Assembly (NCBI GenBank): GCA_022601195.1
Contig: JAHZIX010000006.1
Coordinates: 16,629 to 80,628 of the forward strand
Reading direction: 5' to 3'
DNA from: Deltaproteobacteria bacterium
Lineage (GTDB): Bacteria > Acidobacteriota > Thermoanaerobaculia > Multivoradales > JAHZIX01
DNA length: 64,000 bases
This document shows positions 60,777 to 64,000 of the stretch, in pieces. The notes under the pieces are model-generated. The model made no database searches. It was not told the origin of the DNA and saw only the letters and a program-made list of their open reading frames with translations. Position 1 is the first letter of the stretch. The number at the start of each line of letters is the position of its first letter. A program made the position numbers and the translations under genes.

Positions 60777-62015
60777 ATGAATGAACTGCTAGCTCGCCGA
60801 CCGGTTCCTGTGGAATCCCGCCGGATTCCTTTGGAGGCCACTGTCGTGCTGACCCAACCAGAAACGGGATTCTCTCGGGAGGTTGCCGGAGTCAACCTTT
60901 CCATGTCCGGTATGTTTGTGAGTAGCGCGGTTCTTTTAGACGTTGGCACGCTCGTTGACTTTCGTTTCGATCTCGGAGAAGACCAGCAGTCGATCCATGG
61001 CCGTGCAGAGGTGGTGTGGACTCGCGAGGATGCCAAAGGAATTCGATTTCCCAAGGGGTTGGGAATGAGGTTTTTGCGCCTCGATGCGGAGTGCCGGAGA
61101 CGGATTCGAAAAGCCGTGGAGAGTCTGATTCAGGAGAGCGACGCGCCTCCGGAGCTACGAGAGTTGCGGATGGTAGTGGAGGAGACTCTGGAAGACATCC
61201 TGAGTCTGGAATCTCCTGCCCCTGTGAACCCGCCGGCTTTGCTCAATGAGCGCACCCCGCACCTTGCCTCGGAATCTCGGGCGATGGTGGCTCGGTCAGA
61301 ATTGGGCAGCGGCAGATGGCTTCCCATCATGGGTATCGGACTTTTGGTCTTGCTCGTTGTATCCGGTTCGTATTTCCTAGCTCGACGCGGGCCACAGGTT
61401 CGTGGGTCACAGGTCGCTAGCCAGAGTGCCTCTGCCGTTTCCGATCTGCCCGCTACCAAGGCTCCTGATCTCGCGAGGCAGCTGGAAGCAGACCAGGATG
61501 AGTTGACGGAACTCAGAGGCTTCGGTCCTGACGAAGCGCTCTCGGTTTCGACGGACAAGACAGTCAAGGCGCCTCCTGGGCGCGAGCAAGAGTCGCTGGT
61601 AGAGACAGGAGAAGCTCCGGGCCTAGCTCTGGTACCAAACTCTAACGGCCCGAAGAAGATTGCTAGTCATCGAGTGAGAGAAGAGGTGCAGAGAGTCGTG
61701 ATGGGGTGGGCCAAGGTATGGTCGGACCAAGAGCCGGAGCGCTATCTTGAGTATTACTCGAGACGTTTTGTACTCCCTGACGGACTCAGTAGATCTCAAT
61801 GGGAGTCGCAGCGACGCCAGCGAATCTCGCAGCCTCAGTTCGTGAGAGTCAGCCTGGTTGATCTCGAGGTCGCGATACAGCAGGAGGATCTGGTTCAGGC
61901 TCACTTTCTCCAAAACTATCGGAGCGACAGCTTCGAAGATGCGGTTCGCAAGACCCTACATCTGGTCCGTGAAGATGATGCCTGGAAGATCTCCCAAGAG
62001 CTATCGGGTCCCTAG
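60777..62015 (+). CDS. Paralogous PilZ-like - TM - linker - NTF2-like domain protein
   Basis: The N-terminus has ESRRIP and VNLSMSGMFV (NxSxxG), with the RxxxR motif degenerate. The TM helix is WLPIMGIGLLVLLVVSGSYF. The C-terminus (MGWAKVWSDQEPERYLEYYSRRF...WKISQE) is homologous to the C-terminus of the upstream paralog. Confidence 0.55.
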   Translation: MNELLARRPVPVESRRIPLEATVVLTQPETGFSREVAGVNLSMSGMFVSSAVLLDVGTLVDFRFDLGEDQQSIHGRAEVVWTREDAKGIRFPKGLGMRFLRLDAECRRRIRKAVESLIQESDAPPELRELRMVVEETLEDILSLESPAPVNPPALLNERTPHLASESRAMVARSELGSGRWLPIMGIGLLVLLVVSGSYFLARRGPQVRGSQVASQSASAVSDLPATKAPDLARQLEADQDELTELRGFGPDEALSVSTDKTVKAPPGREQESLVETGEAPGLALVPNSNGPKKIASHRVREEVQRVVMGWAKVWSDQEPERYLEYYSRRFVLPDGLSRSQWESQRRQRISQPQFVRVSLVDLEVAIQQEDLVQAHFLQNYRSDSFEDAVRKTLHLVREDDAWKISQELSGP

Positions 62016-62793
62016 GAGCCTGTCGTGTATTGAATCACCCAGCGTGCGATGGGCGGCACGGGACCCCCTCAGCATTGCCTTCACGATGAAACCAACCAGG
62101 TTTTGCCTGCAAAAGCGTCTCGAGGGATCTCCCGTGGCGCCCCATCTGCCACCAACCGTCCATGTGAACGTGGACTCCTAGTCCGCCCTTTGCACCAGCC
62201 TTCTGCTGCGGCTCCGGACCTACTGGGATCTCCTACATCAAAACGCGATTCTGATTCCCGACCGAGAAAGACGATGCTTGCGGCACTGAGTACGCCTTCT
62301 TCCAGGGATCTTTAGCCTTCAAAGGCAACTCACGACACAGCTGGCGACAAGTCCGGATTGACCTTTGATCTCACGGGGCTTTGGTTTGGTGGTGGTTCTA
62401 TCAGCGGCCCCTGCAGTGAGGATTCCGAGTGCCGTCGGCCCTATGGAATCGCGACGAAGGCAGCCAGCGATGATCGGATCGACTGGTTCCTGGAGCTTCG
62501 AGGCCCTGAGGTCCCTGCAAGATAGGGAAGATCTCCACCCGTCCCACTGTCTCAGTTTGGTGAATTCTACGCACAAAAGAGACAGCGCTTGTTGGCTACT
62601 GCACTAGGTTGCTGTGCCAGATTGGTCGTAGAGGGTGTCAGAGAAGCGCTGGGGCTCATGGGATCCCGGGAATTCTTCCTGGTCGGACGTTGTTGAGAAC
62701 CTGACCTTCAGTCTCAGGGGAACGGGTACATGTCACCGCAAGTTCTTTCATGCTCTTCGCCTCGATCAAGATCCTTCGAACTGTCGCCCTACT

Positions 62794-62850
62794 CCAGAAA
62801 CCCAGACCCCAGAAACCCAGACCCCAGAAACCCGAATCCTAGAAAACCAG
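62794..62850. repeat. 15-bp tandem repeat (ccagaaacccagacc x2 plus degenerate copies) in ~900-bp non-coding stretch
   Basis: ccagaaacccagacc ccagaaacccagacc ccagaaacccgaatc ctagaaaaccag is read directly. Confidence 0.7.
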
Positions 62851-62914
62851 CGTGAATGCCCCATTTGCCCTCCTTCCTAGGAGAGCCCCATTAGATAGAT
62901 TGTTCGTATTGCTA

Positions 62915-64000
62915 TGAGTCAAGCCTTAGAAGCCAATGCCGATTTCCTCCGGGTGGTATCCCTTCTCGAAGGCATGAAAGCCCCAGAGAACCCCAGGCTG
63001 GATTCAGCTCCAGGGTCCCCTACGTACTCCGGAGGAGGTGCAAAGCGGGCTTCGATGGAGTACCTCGGCGAGCGAGCGCACGTGATCTCGAGGTATCTGA
63101 AGGCTCACGATCTTTCGGGAAGGCGAGTTTGGCTGTTGTACCCCCCCGGTCCAGATTTCGTTGCCAGTTACCTCGCCTGCCTTAGGGCATCGGTGATTCC
63201 TCAACCGATTTGGCTTCCCAATAGTGATTGGGCAGGTTTCGTGCAACATCTCGAATCCTCAGAGGCCGAGACTGCCCTGATCCTGACCTTGGCGACGGAG
63301 GTCTCCCAGTGGGAAAAGGAGCAAGCCCAGGAGCTTCGGCTGCGGTGGGTAGCGACCGACACTCTCCCAGGATTGGCTTGGGATTCCAGCGAGTTGCGCG
63401 ACCCTCCGCTGTCCTTTTCCAGCCATGTACCTCTTTGGCGTCAGAGTGCGCCTCGTCCTCCCTTCGAGGCGGCGGAGGTGCGGAGGTGGCTCTTTTTTGT
63501 CGATGATTACGGGGTGGTCTCGGATCTGGTCGAGCGCATGAGGCGATTGCCCGGAAGCCTGGAGCCAGAGGTTTCCCTGGTCCGGCCTGGCGAGGGCTTC
63601 GAGCGCATCGACGAAGGTCTCTACACGATCGACCCAGGTTGTCCCCAGCACTATCTGGAGCTGATCGCCGATCTCGTCGATCAAGATCGGGCGCCGGACT
63701 ACATACTCCATGGCTGGAGCATTTCCGTACCCCCTCAGGGACGAGCCCCTGAGCCCGCTTCCGCGTCTAGGGAGGACAGTGATTTCGAATCTCGCCTTGC
63801 CTTCGAGCGCAACCGTCTCGCCGCTCACCGTGTAGTGAGCTTCGATAGCTTAGAGTTTCTCGCGCGAGCTCTAGGGCGTCAGTTGCCCACCGGGCCGCGG
63901 ACTCTGACGATCCTGTCCAACGATCTGCACCGAGTTATGGCAGAAGACAACGTGGAGCCAGACAAAGCCTTCCTTCTCGGTGCCGTGAGGGAGCTGCCGC
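62915..64000 (+). CDS. 5' part of a large gene; adenylate-forming enzyme (FAAL/AMP-ligase)-like N-terminus; continues beyond window end
   Basis: Manual translation from ATG 62915 is stop-free to the window end (~360 codons in high-GC DNA). The N-terminal ASMEYLGERAHVISRYLKAHDLSGRRVWLLYPPGPDFVASYLACLRASVIPQP resembles the FAAL/AMP-binding A1-A2 region. Downstream adenylation motifs were not recognised, and there is a frame-reading risk. Confidence 0.3.

Noticed and set aside
63259-63828. 189-aa minus-strand ORF near the window end
   Set aside because: It overlaps a ~360-codon stop-free plus-strand frame with adenylating-enzyme-like N-terminal motifs. Its composition is low-complexity and it has no motifs.
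1-64000. CRISPR arrays, rRNA/tRNA genes, insertion sequences or prophage or defence-system genes
   Set aside because: No regularly spaced direct repeats, no transposase/integrase-like ORFs and no recognisable tRNA structures were found. The window reads as a contiguous glycan-biosynthesis region plus housekeeping genes.

Overview
The window is high-GC (about 62-65%) and almost entirely a ~47-kb envelope-glycan biosynthesis/export superlocus of a Gram-negative bacterium, mostly on the minus strand with 4-nt overlaps (operon-like). Downstream lie metF-metH, an MBOAT/AlgJ-like O-acetylation pair, secreted FG-GAP/BON proteins, PPK2, two tandem PilZ-TM-NTF2-like proteins and the 5' end of an adenylating-enzyme-like gene.

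The glycan locus mixes two export logics. One is an ABC-transporter route: Wzm plus a Wzt with a C-terminal carbohydrate-binding domain, and a candidate chain-terminator made of a membrane-anchored kinase-like/methyltransferase fusion, a NeuB-like ulosonic-acid synthase fused to a xylose-isomerase-like TIM barrel, a CMP-sugar synthetase and a TagF/KpsS-like GT-B. The other is a Wzy/Wzc/Wza-type route: a WbaP-like initiating transferase, three Wzy_C/O-antigen-ligase-family paralogs, a Wzc BY-kinase, a PHP Tyr-phosphatase, and a short Wza-like OPX paired with an adjacent outer-membrane beta-barrel. No Wzx flippase is visible in the window.

Embedded in the locus is a polyprenyl-phosphate-sugar module: a UbiA/DPPR-like prenyltransferase-family enzyme, an ArnC-like GT2 fused to a methyltransferase, and two ArnT/PMT-like GT-C enzymes. 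There are also at least seven SAM methyltransferase domains, a CE4 deacetylase, a FemAB/GNAT-like acyltransferase and seven GT4 genes.

All family assignments are motif-level readings of the supplied translations; no database search was possible. Where my own base counting disagreed with the ORF track by one position (around 5041-5100), I used the ORF-track coordinates.
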